64,000 nucleotides of DNA from Bacteroidales bacterium (GTDB lineage Bacteria > Bacteroidota > Bacteroidia > Bacteroidales > VadinHA17): assembly GCA_038252165.1 (NCBI GenBank), contig JBBSAP010000006.1:4675-68674 (forward strand). The letters are read 5' to 3'. This document shows positions 1-10,710 of this stretch, one piece after another. Each line of letters opens with the position of its first letter. Position 1 is the stretch's first letter. Both the position numbers and the translations under genes were made by a program. The notes beneath the pieces were generated by a model. That model ran no database searches, was not told the origin of the DNA, and saw only the letters and a list, made by a program, of their open reading frames with translations.

Positions 1-861
1 CGTGAGAAAGCACAGAAGAAGATCCAGGAGTATCTTGAGACCGAGCTGGAGGCAAGGACCAAGGTTGTAATGAAGCAGAAATCTGAGCTTGAAATCCAGA
101 ATCTTGAAATAACCGATAGCATTAATTATGCAAGGAGGATCCAATCCAGCATCCTGCCTGATCTTAAACGGTTGAAGGAGCATTTCAGGGAGGCTTTTGT
201 GATGTTTTATCCGCGTGATATTGTCAGCGGTGATTTTTACTGGTTTGACAAGCTCGACGATGATAAGTTCGTTCTTGTTTGTGCCGATTCGACAGGCCAC
301 GGGGTGCCTGGTGCATTCATGTCGATGATCGGCTCGACACTCTTGCAGGATATCGTTTCAAGGCAGCGAATAACAAAACCGTCGGAAATCCTTACAATGC
401 TCGATAAGCAGATATTCTCCACGCTGAACCAGAATCTTGAGATAGGAGTATCAAATGACGGGATGGATATAATTGTTTGTGAGTTTACACTTAAGAACAG
501 GCATGTGAGGTTCGCTTCAGCCATGAGGCCTGTTCTTATTGTGATGGGTGGCGAATCGTATTATATTAAGGGCAACAGGGCTTCAGTCGGAGGACAGACG
601 GTTTCAGAAAAATATTTTGATGACCAGGAGTATTATCTTAATGAAGGCGATTCAATCTATTTGTTCACAGACGGACTGCCTGATCAGTTTGGAGGATCAG
701 AAGGAAAAAAAATGAAGATTGCACGTTTAAAGAAATTCATCGAAGATAACCACACTTTGCCGGTTGACCAGCAGGAAGAGGCTATTGCAAAGTTCTACAT
801 GGAATGGAAAGGTAATTATGAGCAGGTTGATGACATCCTGCTTATGGGAGTGAAAGTTTAG
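1..861 (+). CDS. SpoIIE/PP2C-family Ser/Thr phosphatase domain protein (5' end outside window)
   Basis: PRDIVSGDFYW, ADSTGHGVPGAFMS, DGMD, TDGLPDQFGG and QVDDI motifs; frame is open from base 1. Confidence 0.9.
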   Translation, partial: REKAQKKIQEYLETELEARTKVVMKQKSELEIQNLEITDSINYARRIQSSILPDLKRLKEHFREAFVMFYPRDIVSGDFYWFDKLDDDKFVLVCADSTGHGVPGAFMSMIGSTLLQDIVSRQRITKPSEILTMLDKQIFSTLNQNLEIGVSNDGMDIIVCEFTLKNRHVRFASAMRPVLIVMGGESYYIKGNRASVGGQTVSEKYFDDQEYYLNEGDSIYLFTDGLPDQFGGSEGKKMKIARLKKFIEDNHTLPVDQQEEAIAKFYMEWKGNYEQVDDILLMGVKV

Positions 862-867
862 GCAGGG

Positions 868-1389
868 TTACTCTTTGTAGACACCTGGAAAGTAAACCGG
901 TATCAATGAGGTTGTAGCTGTATTGCTTGAATTATCTGCTCTGTCCTTTATATAAAAATCATATCTGATCGTATCTTCCTGAGTAAAGAAAAGGTAAAAA
1001 AAGATAACGGAAATGTCGCCTTGTAATATTTTATTCTGTCCGGCTCTTTCCATATAGGGGATCCTGAACCCTGTTGGAGCAAAAGGATCATCAGCAGGAG
1101 CAGGAGATAACTTACCATTATTCACCCTGTAGAGGTTGACAAAAAGATTGATTGTATCGGCTTCCGCGGTTTCATCAGGAACATTAAGGCCAAGATCGCC
1201 ATCGCCATCCTCAAAGTAGAATTTGAGCTTCCCCCCCATGATCCGGTTCCCCAGTAAATCGGTCGTATCAAAAACCGTAAAGCTTGTATATTCAATCCGC
1301 GGTTCAGGCGGTAAAGTCTCTATTTTTCCGCATGAAGCCAGGGCAACAATTGAAAAAAACACTAATACCGGGATAACTTTAATTTTCAT
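868..1389 (-). CDS. Hypothetical lipoprotein
   Basis: MKIKVIPVLVFFSIVALASC lipobox; FEDGDGDLG and IKDRADNSSN motifs; start trimmed to ATG at 1389. Confidence 0.75.
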   Translation of the reverse strand: MKIKVIPVLVFFSIVALASCGKIETLPPEPRIEYTSFTVFDTTDLLGNRIMGGKLKFYFEDGDGDLGLNVPDETAEADTINLFVNLYRVNNGKLSPAPADDPFAPTGFRIPYMERAGQNKILQGDISVIFFYLFFTQEDTIRYDFYIKDRADNSSNTATTSLIPVYFPGVYKE

Positions 1390-1438
1390 CGGCAGCACAT
1401 TATACATTTCTTTTGCACAAAAACCACACCAAAGTAAG

Positions 1439-2743
1439 TTATTTTTTTCTGAAAAATATTCGTATCGGCACGCCTGAAAAATCAAATTTCTCCCTCATCC
1501 TGTTTTCAACATATCTTCTGTAAGGCTCTTTGATGTACTCGGGGAAATTGCAGAAAAATGCAAATGAAGGTGTATAAACAGGCAATTGGGTTACGTACTT
1601 AATCTTGATAAATTTTCCCCTTACCGAGGGAGGAGGATTATTATGAACTATATCAAGAAGGACATCATTCAGCTCAGAAGTGGGTATCTTCCTGTTCCTG
1701 TTATTGTTTACCAGGTCCACTGATTCAAGGATCCTGTGAATGCGCTGCTTGTTTGTAGCGGAGATGAAAAGCACAGGATAGTCATTAAAGGGAGCTGTTT
1801 TGCTGCGTATATCCTTTTCAGTCTGAAGTGCGGTATTGTTCTCTTTTTCAATAAGATCCCACTTGTTGACGAGTATGATCATCCCCTTGTTGTTTTTCAG
1901 GATAAGTGAAATTATGTTCAGGTCCTGGGCTTCAATACCCCTCGTGGCATCAATCATAAGCAGACATATATCGGAGCTCTCGATTGTCCGCACTGCTCTC
2001 ATTACCGAGTAGAACTCGATATCTTCGCTTACTTTAGCTTTTTTCCTTAATCCTGCAGTATCGACGAGAAGAAAATCGTGATTGAACTTGTTGTACCTGG
2101 TGTATATTGAATCGCGTGTGGTTCCTGCAAGGGGAGTGACAATGTTCCGTTCCTCTCCCAGCAATGAATTTACAAGAGATGATTTGCCGACATTCGGCCT
2201 GCCAACGATAGCAACTCTCGGGATTTCAGGCACTTCATCAATGGGTTGATCGGGAAGGTCTTTCACTATCTGATCGAGAAGATCCCCGGTTCCGCTTCCA
2301 TTTATTGAGCTAAGAGGAAAATAATCGCCAAGGCCGAGCTTGTAGAATTCGGTGGCATCAGCCAACCGTTCGTTGTTATCAATCTTGTTGACCACCAGGA
2401 TAACTTTCTTGCCTGTTCTCCTCAGGAGGTCAGCCACTCCGGAATCAAGATCGTGAATACCTGTCGTTACATCTACCATGAAGAGAATAATATCAGATTC
2501 GTCAATAGCCAACAAAACCTGCTTGTTTATCTCCTCTTCGAAAATGTCATCAGAGTTCCTGACATAACCTCCTGTGTCAATTACAGAAAAATTGATCCCG
2601 TTCCAGAGACAGGTGCCATAATTCCTGTCGCGTGTGACACCGCTTATCTCATCAACGATCGCTTCCCTCGATTCGGTCAACCTGTTGAAAAGGGTCGATT
2701 TCCCAACGTTGGGTCTGCCTACTATGGCTACAATTCTACTCAT
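1439..2743 (-). CDS. der: Ribosome biogenesis GTPase Der (EngA)
   Basis: Two GRPNVGKS P-loops, DTGG/DTAG, NKID/NKWD, C-terminal KH-like domain. Confidence 0.97.
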   Translation of the reverse strand: MSRIVAIVGRPNVGKSTLFNRLTESREAIVDEISGVTRDRNYGTCLWNGINFSVIDTGGYVRNSDDIFEEEINKQVLLAIDESDIILFMVDVTTGIHDLDSGVADLLRRTGKKVILVVNKIDNNERLADATEFYKLGLGDYFPLSSINGSGTGDLLDQIVKDLPDQPIDEVPEIPRVAIVGRPNVGKSSLVNSLLGEERNIVTPLAGTTRDSIYTRYNKFNHDFLLVDTAGLRKKAKVSEDIEFYSVMRAVRTIESSDICLLMIDATRGIEAQDLNIISLILKNNKGMIILVNKWDLIEKENNTALQTEKDIRSKTAPFNDYPVLFISATNKQRIHRILESVDLVNNNRNRKIPTSELNDVLLDIVHNNPPPSVRGKFIKIKYVTQLPVYTPSFAFFCNFPEYIKEPYRRYVENRMREKFDFSGVPIRIFFRKK

Positions 2744-2755
2744 ATTCAAGATTAA

Positions 2756-2815
2756 TTGTGATTGCAGATTATCGATTCCGGAATTAAAATCCGCAATCAC
2801 AAATGTGCAATCTGC
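2756..2815. repeat. Intergenic hairpin built from AATCnnn heptamers between era and der
   Basis: TTGTGATTGCAGATT (2756-2770) is the inverse of AATCCGCAATCACAA (2788-2802) at 14/15; right arm reads aatccgc aatcaca aatgtgc aatctgc. Confidence 0.7.
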
Positions 2816-2825
2816 ACTTTATTGA

Positions 2826-3704
2826 TTACCTGTATCCGAATCTCTTTAGTTCCTGAGTCTTATCCCGCCAGTCCTTTGTGACTTTTACGTACAATTCCAG
2901 GAATACTTTCTTCCCAAAAAAATCTTCCATATCGAGGCGGGCTTCTGTCCCCGTTTTTTTCAATTTTTCTCCCTTGTGCCCGATGACAATGCCTTTTTGA
3001 CTGTCACGCGTAACATGGATCAATGCTCTGATCCTTATTATGCTCTCTTCGTCCCTGAAGCTTTCTATTTCCACCTCCGCAGAATAAGGTATCTCCTTCT
3101 GATAATTCATCAGGATCTTTTCCCTTATTATTTCCGAGGCAAAGAACCTCTCATATTTGTCAGTAAGCTGATCCTTTGGAAAATAAGGAGCACCTTCGGG
3201 CAGCTTGCTGACTATGGCGTTCAACAGAATATCAAGATTAAACTCTTTCAGTGCTGAAACCGGTATTATGGGTGAACCGGGGAACTTAATTTCCCATAAC
3301 CCTGCAATCCGTTCAAGATCCTGCTGGTTGCTCAGGTCTATCTTATTTATTGCAACTATCACAGGGATCTCCGATTCCCTTATCCTTGCGGTGTATCCGG
3401 TTTCATCTTCAGTTTTTTCAGTGACATCGGTCACATAAAGTATAATATCAGCATCATTAAGGGCAATGTTGACAAAAGTCATCATTGACTCCTGAAGCTT
3501 GTACTTTGGTTTCAGTATACCGGGGGTGTCGGAATAGACTATCTGAAAATCATCTCCATTGACAATGCCCATTATCCTGTGGCGTGTGGTCTGAGCTTTT
3601 GAGGTAATTATTGAAAGCTTCTCACCAACAAGGGCATTCATTATTGTTGATTTTCCAACATTAGGATTTCCCAGAATATTTACAAAACCAGATCTGTGAC
3701 TCAT
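2826..3704 (-). CDS. era: GTPase Era
   Basis: GNPNVGKST, QTTR, DTPG, NKID, VIGHKG KH motif. Confidence 0.97.
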   Translation of the reverse strand: MSHRSGFVNILGNPNVGKSTIMNALVGEKLSIITSKAQTTRHRIMGIVNGDDFQIVYSDTPGILKPKYKLQESMMTFVNIALNDADIILYVTDVTEKTEDETGYTARIRESEIPVIVAINKIDLSNQQDLERIAGLWEIKFPGSPIIPVSALKEFNLDILLNAIVSKLPEGAPYFPKDQLTDKYERFFASEIIREKILMNYQKEIPYSAEVEIESFRDEESIIRIRALIHVTRDSQKGIVIGHKGEKLKKTGTEARLDMEDFFGKKVFLELYVKVTKDWRDKTQELKRFGYR

Positions 3705-3713
3705 TTTCCCCGG

Positions 3714-4505
3714 TTAAAATACTCCCCTTTTAAGCATGCTGATTTCCTTGTCGTTAAGGAATCTCCATTTACCTCTGGGCAGGTTTTTCTTCGTCAATCC
3801 TGCAAAATAGACCCTGTCAAGTTTTTTAACCTTGTACCCAAGTTTCTCAAAGATCCTTCTGACGATCCTGTTCTGGCCTGAGTGGATCTCAATGCCTATT
3901 TGCGTTTTGTCGTCAGCATCTGCATACGATACTGCATCCGTTGCTATTATCTCTCCGTCAATCTCGACACCTTCGGTAAGCAGGGTAAGATCATTCCTGG
4001 TCACCGCCTTGTCGAGGAATACATGATATATCTTTTTTCTTTTGTATCGGGGATGGGTAAGTTTGCCTGTAAGGTCTCCATCGTTTGTCAGAAGCAGGAC
4101 ACCTGTGGTAGCTTTGTCGAGGCGTCCAACGGGATAGACCCTTTCAGTACATGCACCGCCAATAATGTCAAGAACGGTCTGTTCGGCATGGGGATCCTCA
4201 ACTGTAGTTACATAGCCCCTGGGTTTGTTCATCAGAATGTACACTTTTTTTTCCGCACTCAGCCTCTTGTTTTTAAACCTTATTTCATCACTCACTGTAA
4301 CTTTCGTCCCAAGATCAGTAACCACCTTGCCATTCACCGTTATTGAGCCATTGGTGATCAGCTCATCTGCCTCTCTTCGAGAACAGACACCGCTATGGGC
4401 AATAAATCTGTTGAGCCTTATTTTCTCCTCATCTGCTTTCCGGATTTTAAGCCCCGGCTTTTCTTTTCCTGCCCCCGGCTGACGGACAGGCTTCCTGTGT
4501 TCCAT
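3714..4505 (-). CDS. rluB: RsuA/RluB-family 23S rRNA pseudouridine synthase
   Basis: S4 domain (RLNRFIAHSGVCSRREAD), NKPRG, GRLD catalytic motif; exact rRNA specificity uncertain. Confidence 0.85.
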   Translation of the reverse strand: MEHRKPVRQPGAGKEKPGLKIRKADEEKIRLNRFIAHSGVCSRREADELITNGSITVNGKVVTDLGTKVTVSDEIRFKNKRLSAEKKVYILMNKPRGYVTTVEDPHAEQTVLDIIGGACTERVYPVGRLDKATTGVLLLTNDGDLTGKLTHPRYKRKKIYHVFLDKAVTRNDLTLLTEGVEIDGEIIATDAVSYADADDKTQIGIEIHSGQNRIVRRIFEKLGYKVKKLDRVYFAGLTKKNLPRGKWRFLNDKEISMLKRGVF

Positions 4506-4524
4506 ATAGTTTTTATTCAGGCTC

Positions 4525-4578
4525 CAAAGGTACAATTATTTGACAATATTATGATTTCGGGTTATTTTTGCACCTTTG
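4525..4578. promoter_or_regulatory. Divergent Bacteroidota -7 promoter elements for rluB and glmM
   Basis: Minus-strand TACCTTTG at 4525-4532; plus-strand CACCTTTG variant at 4571-4578 (consensus TAnnTTTG). Confidence 0.55.
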
Positions 4579-4598
4579 CTTCATTAAAATTCAAGTCA

Positions 4599-5984
4599 AT
4601 GTCATTAATAAAATCTATATCGGGAATCAGGGGAACAATTGGCGGGAAACCTGGTGAAAGCCTCACACCTGTCGATATTGTAAAATTTGCTTCGGCTTAT
4701 GGAACCTGGCTTGGCCGAAGGCATAACAACAAGAAGCTTATGGTTGTTATCGGCCGTGATGCAAGAAGATCGGGAAACTTGGTCAGCAATCTTGTTGTTA
4801 ACACCCTGAGAAGCCTTGGAATTGATGTAACTGATATAGGTTTGGCGACAACCCCGACGGTTGAGCTGGCTGTTACCGGAACAGCTGCGGATGGCGGAAT
4901 TATAATAACAGCAAGTCATAATCCGGCTGAGTGGAACGCACTGAAACTGCTTAACGAGAGGGGTGAATTCCTGTCCTCTCTTGATGGTATTGATCTCCTG
5001 AATATTGCAGAATCGGAGGATTTCAACTTTGCCCAGCTTGACGATATCGGATCTTATGTTCATGATGATTCGTGGGGACAGGTCCACATAGATCAGGTGC
5101 TGGCACTTGAAATGATGGACCGTGAAGCAATAAGTGCGGCTGATTTTAAAGTGGCCATTGACTGTGTAAACTCCGTCGGAGGAATTATTGTCCCTGCTCT
5201 CCTTAAATCGCTGGGAGTTATGAAAGTGGCCGGGATAAACACAACGCCGGACGGTAATTTTGCACATAACCCTGAACCGCTTCCACAAAATCTCACCCAG
5301 ATTTCTTCACTGACAGTGAGGACAAAGTCTGATGTCGGATTTGTTGTTGATCCCGATGTGGACAGGCTTGCAATTATTTGTGAGGACGGATCGATGTTCG
5401 GAGAGGAGTACACTCTGGTTGCAGTTTCAGATTATATACTGGGCAAGAATCCGGGTAACACTGTATCCAATCTTTCTTCGACAAGAGCACTGAAAGATGT
5501 GACTGAAAAACATGGGGGCCATTACTTTACCGCAGCAGTGGGTGAAATAAATGTTGTGGAGGAGATGAAAATACGGCAAGCCGTTATCGGTGGTGAAGGA
5601 AACGGGGGCGTTATTTATCCTGTACTCCATTACGGAAGGGATGCGATTGCCGGCATAGCGCTATTCCTTTCACATTTGGCGAAAAGCAGGATGAAATGCT
5701 CTGAGCTTAGGAAAACTTATCCTGATTACTATATAGCAAAGAAGAAGCTTGAGCTTCCTTCCGGTTTCGATTTCAAGACTTTACTTGATGATTTACGGAA
5801 ACAGTTCAGAGATCATGAGATTGACGAAAGAGATGGCATGAGGATTGAACACCGCGATGGCTGGGTCCAGATCCGCAAATCCAATACCGAGCCGGTAATT
5901 AGAATTTATGCGGAAGGCAGAACTGTGGACGAAGCTGAAAATCTTGCCGATACCGTTATTGCTTTTGTTAAAAAAGTCAAATAG
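4599..5984 (+). CDS. glmM: Phosphoglucosamine mutase / phosphohexomutase
   Basis: MSLIKSISGIRG start, TASHNP phosphoserine motif, DPDVDR metal loop, GEGNGG. Confidence 0.9.
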   Translation: MSLIKSISGIRGTIGGKPGESLTPVDIVKFASAYGTWLGRRHNNKKLMVVIGRDARRSGNLVSNLVVNTLRSLGIDVTDIGLATTPTVELAVTGTAADGGIIITASHNPAEWNALKLLNERGEFLSSLDGIDLLNIAESEDFNFAQLDDIGSYVHDDSWGQVHIDQVLALEMMDREAISAADFKVAIDCVNSVGGIIVPALLKSLGVMKVAGINTTPDGNFAHNPEPLPQNLTQISSLTVRTKSDVGFVVDPDVDRLAIICEDGSMFGEEYTLVAVSDYILGKNPGNTVSNLSSTRALKDVTEKHGGHYFTAAVGEINVVEEMKIRQAVIGGEGNGGVIYPVLHYGRDAIAGIALFLSHLAKSRMKCSELRKTYPDYYIAKKKLELPSGFDFKTLLDDLRKQFRDHEIDERDGMRIEHRDGWVQIRKSNTEPVIRIYAEGRTVDEAENLADTVIAFVKKVK

Positions 5985-6160
5985 ATTTCTTTTTTATCCA
6001 GAGTTCCGGAATAAAAATAACATGATGAGTGTCTTTAAACCGTAAGGCGAAGATCCGTAAAGCTTAAAAGATGTTAAATATTTTTAGGGGTAAAGTTCAT
6101 TTAAATACTTTTACAGGGATTACAGTTCGGGAAACTTAAAAAAAATAAAGAATAATTTTT

Positions 6161-7672
6161 ATGAAAAAATCAGTTATCATCGCAGGCATTGTTGCTTTAG
6201 TGGCAATAATTATCCTGATCGCTATCGGAAGGGCAGCAAAGAAGAAAGATATAGCCAATCTGTACGTAGAAGCAAAAAAGGGTCTGTTTGAGGTAGTGGT
6301 TTCCACCACTGGTGAGCTTCAGGCTGAAAACTCAGCGGATATAAAAGGCCCCGATTTTACGCAGAGCAGGCAGCTCAGGGCAGCAGATATAAAAATAACT
6401 GATTTGGTCCCGGAAGGAACACAGGTTAAGGAAGGAGATTTTATTGCCACTCTCGACAGGACATCTTTTGACAATACTCTTAAGGATGAGCTTGAGAGGC
6501 TTGTCACCCAGGAAGCCAATCTCGAGGTTAAAATGCTTGACACTGCAGTTACTCTAAGTGATCTTCGCGATAATATCAAGAACCTTAAGTTTTCGGTTGA
6601 AGAGGCAGATATAACACTTGAACAATCGAAATTTGAGCCTCCGACAACAATCAGACAGGCAGAGATTTCCCTCGACAAGGCTAAACGTTCACTCGAACAG
6701 GCAATTAAGGGATATTCTCTGAAAATAGAACAGGCAAGATCCGATATGAAGACAATTAAGTTCAACCTTTCGGAACAACGGCAGAGAGTATCGGATCTTC
6801 AGACAATATTGTCAAAATTCACCATTTATGCACCAGCGGATGGGATGGTTATTTATAAAAGAGACAGGACAAATGCAAAAAGAAAGGTAGGATCATCTAT
6901 ATCACCATGGGATAATGTTGTTGCAACACTGCCGGATATGTCATCGATGATTTCCAAAACATATGTCAATGAGATTGATGTAAGTAAGGTAAAGGTCGGA
7001 CAAAAGGTTGAACTTTTAGTAGATGCTTTTCCTGATAAATCCTATACAGGGGTGGTTGCATCAGTTGCAAATATTGGTGAACAGCTGCCGAATACCGATG
7101 CAAAGGTGTTCGAAGTGGTGATCAAGCTTAACGGGTCCGATCCTATACTGAAACCTTCAATGACAACCGGCAACCAGATTGTTACCAAGACGATTGAGGA
7201 TGTTATATATGTTCCGCTCGAGAGCATTCAGCTAGGCGCCGACAGTATTCCGTTTGTTTACACAAAGAAAGGGAACAAACAGGTTGTTGTGACCGGGGAG
7301 GCGAATGAAAACAATGTTGTGATTGAGCAGGGACTGGAACCCGGAACCGTAATATATCTTAGTACTCCCGGGAATGCTGACAGATTCAAGCTTGTGGGGC
7401 AGGATCTGATTGCCGTGAACCAGGAACGTGTAAAAGCAAGGAGAGAAGAGGAAAGGAAAGCAAATGAAGGGGCTGCAAAGGCTAACAACCGCCAGGGATT
7501 TCCTGGGGGTAGGGAGGGAATGACACCTGAAATGATGCAGAGAAACCCGGAGTTGAGACAGAGAATGCAGAATATGCAAAGAGATACCTCTGCCAGGCGC
7601 AGGAATTCGAACCAGCAGGGGCAGGGTGGGCAGACACCTCCTCCGGGATCACCAAATATGAATCAAAACTAA
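6161..7672 (+). CDS. MacA/HlyD-type efflux periplasmic adaptor with disordered Q/G/N-rich C-tail
   Basis: N-terminal TM helix, lipoyl halves (EGTQVKEGD, APADG), coiled coil, NEIDVSKVKVGQ. Confidence 0.88.
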   Translation: MKKSVIIAGIVALVAIIILIAIGRAAKKKDIANLYVEAKKGLFEVVVSTTGELQAENSADIKGPDFTQSRQLRAADIKITDLVPEGTQVKEGDFIATLDRTSFDNTLKDELERLVTQEANLEVKMLDTAVTLSDLRDNIKNLKFSVEEADITLEQSKFEPPTTIRQAEISLDKAKRSLEQAIKGYSLKIEQARSDMKTIKFNLSEQRQRVSDLQTILSKFTIYAPADGMVIYKRDRTNAKRKVGSSISPWDNVVATLPDMSSMISKTYVNEIDVSKVKVGQKVELLVDAFPDKSYTGVVASVANIGEQLPNTDAKVFEVVIKLNGSDPILKPSMTTGNQIVTKTIEDVIYVPLESIQLGADSIPFVYTKKGNKQVVVTGEANENNVVIEQGLEPGTVIYLSTPGNADRFKLVGQDLIAVNQERVKARREEERKANEGAAKANNRQGFPGGREGMTPEMMQRNPELRQRMQNMQRDTSARRRNSNQQGQGGQTPPPGSPNMNQN

Positions 7673-7690
7673 TTTTTAAACACTTGAGTT

Positions 7691-9073
7691 ATGTTTAAAT
7701 TCTTCTTAAGATATTTTCACGACATAGAAATTGCCGTTGAATCTATAGTTTCGAACAAGATGAAATCGATGCTTACGGCACTCGGTATAATATTCGGGGT
7801 TGCTGCAGTTATTGCAATGCTTGCAATCGGAAAAGGAGCCAAGCAGGAAATCATGGAACAGATGAAAATGGTAGGAGTTAATAACATTCTCATCAATCCG
7901 ATAGTGCAGGATCAGAGTTCCTCAAGTTCTGATGAAACAGAAAAACAGACAAAGAAATTCTCGAGAGGTTTGAGCATGCTCGATGTTGAGGCCATTCGTG
8001 AAACGCTGCCGTCAGTTAAGCGCATTAGTCCTGAAATCTCATTCAACTCTGTCGCAATGATGAACGGAGTTAAATATACCGCCAAACTTGTGGGTGTTTC
8101 AAACGATTATTTCTACCTTTATAATCTGCCCCTGGTTTCAGGGACATTTTTTAACGACTACCAGGAAGAGAACGGAATACAGGTTTGCATAATTGGTGCA
8201 AATATCCGGGCAAAATTCTTCAGCAAGATTGAACCTATAGGACAATACATAAAGTTTAACGGGATATGGCTCAAAGTTATTGGCGTTCTGCAAAAAACAA
8301 ATGTCAGTCTGACCGGATTTGAAGAAAAGGGTGTAAATGTTTACAACGATAATATTTATATCCCGATCCAGACAATGCTCCTCAGATATCAGAACAGGGC
8401 ACTGGTCAATACAAAACTGGCATCTGAAGCTTCTTCAAATATAATGATTATGGGCGGACCAGGCGGTATGTCGCGCGTTGTGGTCAGCAGCTCTAATGCC
8501 ACTACAGATTCTGAGACAAATTATAATCAGCTCGACAGGATTGTTGTTCAGGTTGCAGAAACGGAACAGCTTAACGCAAGTACTGAAATTCTAAGCCGCA
8601 TGCTTATCAGGCGTCATACAAACGTTAAGGATTTTGAGATCACCGTTCCCGAGCTTCTTCTGAAACAACAGGAAAGGACAAAGGATATCTTCAATATTGT
8701 ACTTGGTGTAATAGCAAGTATTTCCCTGCTTGTGGGAGGAATAGGAATCATGAACATAATGTATGCCTCTGTGATGGAGAGAATAAAGGAAATAGGTACC
8801 AGGATGGCCATTGGTGCCAAAAAAATGGATATTGTTGTCCAGTTCCTTTCCGAAGCCGTGCTCATCAGTGTCACCGGCGGTTTTATCGGAATATTCCTGG
8901 GATTCGTTATGGCTAAGCTGATAGAACAGATCGCAGGCATTACGACCATAGTAACATTCTTTTCCATATTTGTTGCTTTCGGAGTGTCCGCGGCAGTCGG
9001 AGTAGCTTTTGGATATCAGCCGGCAAAGAAAGCATCTGAAAAAGATCCTATTGAATCATTAAGATACGAATAA
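7691..9073 (+). CDS. MacB/FtsX-family ABC permease (no ATPase domain)
   Basis: LTALGIIFGVAAVI, GGIGIMNIM...ERIKEIG, PIESLRYE. Confidence 0.92.
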   Translation: MFKFFLRYFHDIEIAVESIVSNKMKSMLTALGIIFGVAAVIAMLAIGKGAKQEIMEQMKMVGVNNILINPIVQDQSSSSSDETEKQTKKFSRGLSMLDVEAIRETLPSVKRISPEISFNSVAMMNGVKYTAKLVGVSNDYFYLYNLPLVSGTFFNDYQEENGIQVCIIGANIRAKFFSKIEPIGQYIKFNGIWLKVIGVLQKTNVSLTGFEEKGVNVYNDNIYIPIQTMLLRYQNRALVNTKLASEASSNIMIMGGPGGMSRVVVSSSNATTDSETNYNQLDRIVVQVAETEQLNASTEILSRMLIRRHTNVKDFEITVPELLLKQQERTKDIFNIVLGVIASISLLVGGIGIMNIMYASVMERIKEIGTRMAIGAKKMDIVVQFLSEAVLISVTGGFIGIFLGFVMAKLIEQIAGITTIVTFFSIFVAFGVSAAVGVAFGYQPAKKASEKDPIESLRYE

Positions 9074-9083
9074 AATATTAAAA

Positions 9084-10565
9084 ATGAAGAAGTTATTATT
9101 ATTAGCAACAATAAGCTTGCTTTTGGTTCCATTTCAGAATGCAAATTCACAGGAATTAAAAAAACTCACTCTGGAAGATGTTTTAAAACTGGCAGAGGAG
9201 CAATCACCAAATGCTCTGATGGCTAAAAACAGATTCCGGGCGAGTTACTGGCAATACCGGACATTCAAAGCCGAATACAGACCCTCGCTGACCCTTACCG
9301 GAACAACCCCGTATTACAGCACGGCATTTGAAAGAGTCTGGAATTCACAGGATAGTAAATGGGATTATAAGTCTACCAACGTACTTCGTAACCTGGGATC
9401 GCTGGCTTTGTCACAGAATATTGGCTTAACAGGCGGGACAATCTCTTTAAATTCAGATCTGACACTTGAAAATGATTTTGAAAGAGATGCACGTAATTAT
9501 ATCACTGTTCCCATTAGCATTGGATTGGTTCAACCTTTATTCAGATATAACTCACTGAAATGGCAGAAAAAAACTGAACCACTTAAATATTCAGCAGCCA
9601 AACAGACATATCTTTCTAATATAGAAGGTGTTCATACGCAGGCTGTTATGAGTTTTTTCTCGCTGGCCCTGGCACAGAGCAACAGGCAGATCTCGGAGAT
9701 GAACTTTGCAAATGCGGATACACTCTATAAGATAGCACAAGGAAGGTATGAGCTTGGAACCATAGCTGAAAACGAGTTGCTCGAACTCCAGCTTTCATGG
9801 CTTAATACGGAAACAAACAGGAAAGAGGCAGAGATGAACCTGAGAGACAGGCAGATCAGACTGAAATCATTTCTTGGCTTCAATGAAAATGTACGTCTGG
9901 AGCTGATCCTGCCGACTGAAATTCCTCAATTGCAGGTGAATTCACTGGAAGTTCTTGAACTGGCAAAGGCCAATAACCCTGAACTGATTAACCAGCAGCT
10001 TACTGTAATGATAGCCCAGAGCAATGTCGCCCAGGCTAAGGCCGAAAAGGGGCTGAATGCGAATCTTATAGCATCTTATGGTACAAGGGATCAGGACAAG
10101 GATTTTCCTCTGGCATACTCGAACTCAAGCCAGCAGCAGAACATTAGGCTGGGAATAACAGTACCGATCCTTGACTGGGGCCTTGGCCGTGGAAGATATA
10201 AAGTAGCAACATATAACCTCGACCTTGCCCAGGTTACGGCAGATCAGGCTCTGGTTGACTTTGAACAAAACCTTATTCTCGATGTCGAGCAGTTCAACCT
10301 TCAGAAGGCTCAGGTTGCAGTTGCAGCCAAATCAGATACTGTAGCCATGAGGATGTATGAAGTTACAAAACAGAGGTTTCTCATTGGCAAGATAGCGATT
10401 CTCGAGCTGAATAATGCGGACACAAAAAAAGACTCGAACAGGAGAGCTTTTATTCAGGCTTTGCAGAACTACTGGAACTATTATTACAACATCCGCAGTC
10501 TCGCACTGTACGATTTTCTTAACAGGAAACCTCTTGAAACTGAGTTCGAAAAACTACTTGAATAA
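9084..10565 (+). CDS. TolC-family outer membrane protein
   Basis: Signal peptide, duplicated OEP helical repeats, operon with adaptor and permease. Confidence 0.88.
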   Translation: MKKLLLLATISLLLVPFQNANSQELKKLTLEDVLKLAEEQSPNALMAKNRFRASYWQYRTFKAEYRPSLTLTGTTPYYSTAFERVWNSQDSKWDYKSTNVLRNLGSLALSQNIGLTGGTISLNSDLTLENDFERDARNYITVPISIGLVQPLFRYNSLKWQKKTEPLKYSAAKQTYLSNIEGVHTQAVMSFFSLALAQSNRQISEMNFANADTLYKIAQGRYELGTIAENELLELQLSWLNTETNRKEAEMNLRDRQIRLKSFLGFNENVRLELILPTEIPQLQVNSLEVLELAKANNPELINQQLTVMIAQSNVAQAKAEKGLNANLIASYGTRDQDKDFPLAYSNSSQQQNIRLGITVPILDWGLGRGRYKVATYNLDLAQVTADQALVDFEQNLILDVEQFNLQKAQVAVAAKSDTVAMRMYEVTKQRFLIGKIAILELNNADTKKDSNRRAFIQALQNYWNYYYNIRSLALYDFLNRKPLETEFEKLLE

Positions 10566-10588
10566 AAGGGACATCATTCTTTTTTGAG

Positions 10589-10616
10589 ATAGGGACTTTG
10601 CATACAAAGTCCCTAT
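10589..10616 (+). terminator. Intrinsic terminator after tolC
   Basis: ATAGGGACTTTG-CATA-CAAAGTCCCTAT perfect 12-bp stem followed by TATTTT. Confidence 0.8.
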
Positions 10617-10647
10617 TATTTTATAAATGTTTTTTACAAAAATTTAA

Positions 10648-10655
10648 TATCTTTG
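10648..10655 (+). promoter_or_regulatory. Bacteroidota -7 element for secDF
   Basis: TATCTTTG matches TAnnTTTG, about 55 nt before the ATG. Confidence 0.6.
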
Positions 10656-10710
10656 CGCCTCATTAAAGAATATTCTGAAAAAATACCTCAACAATTCAAA
10701 ATAGAAACAA

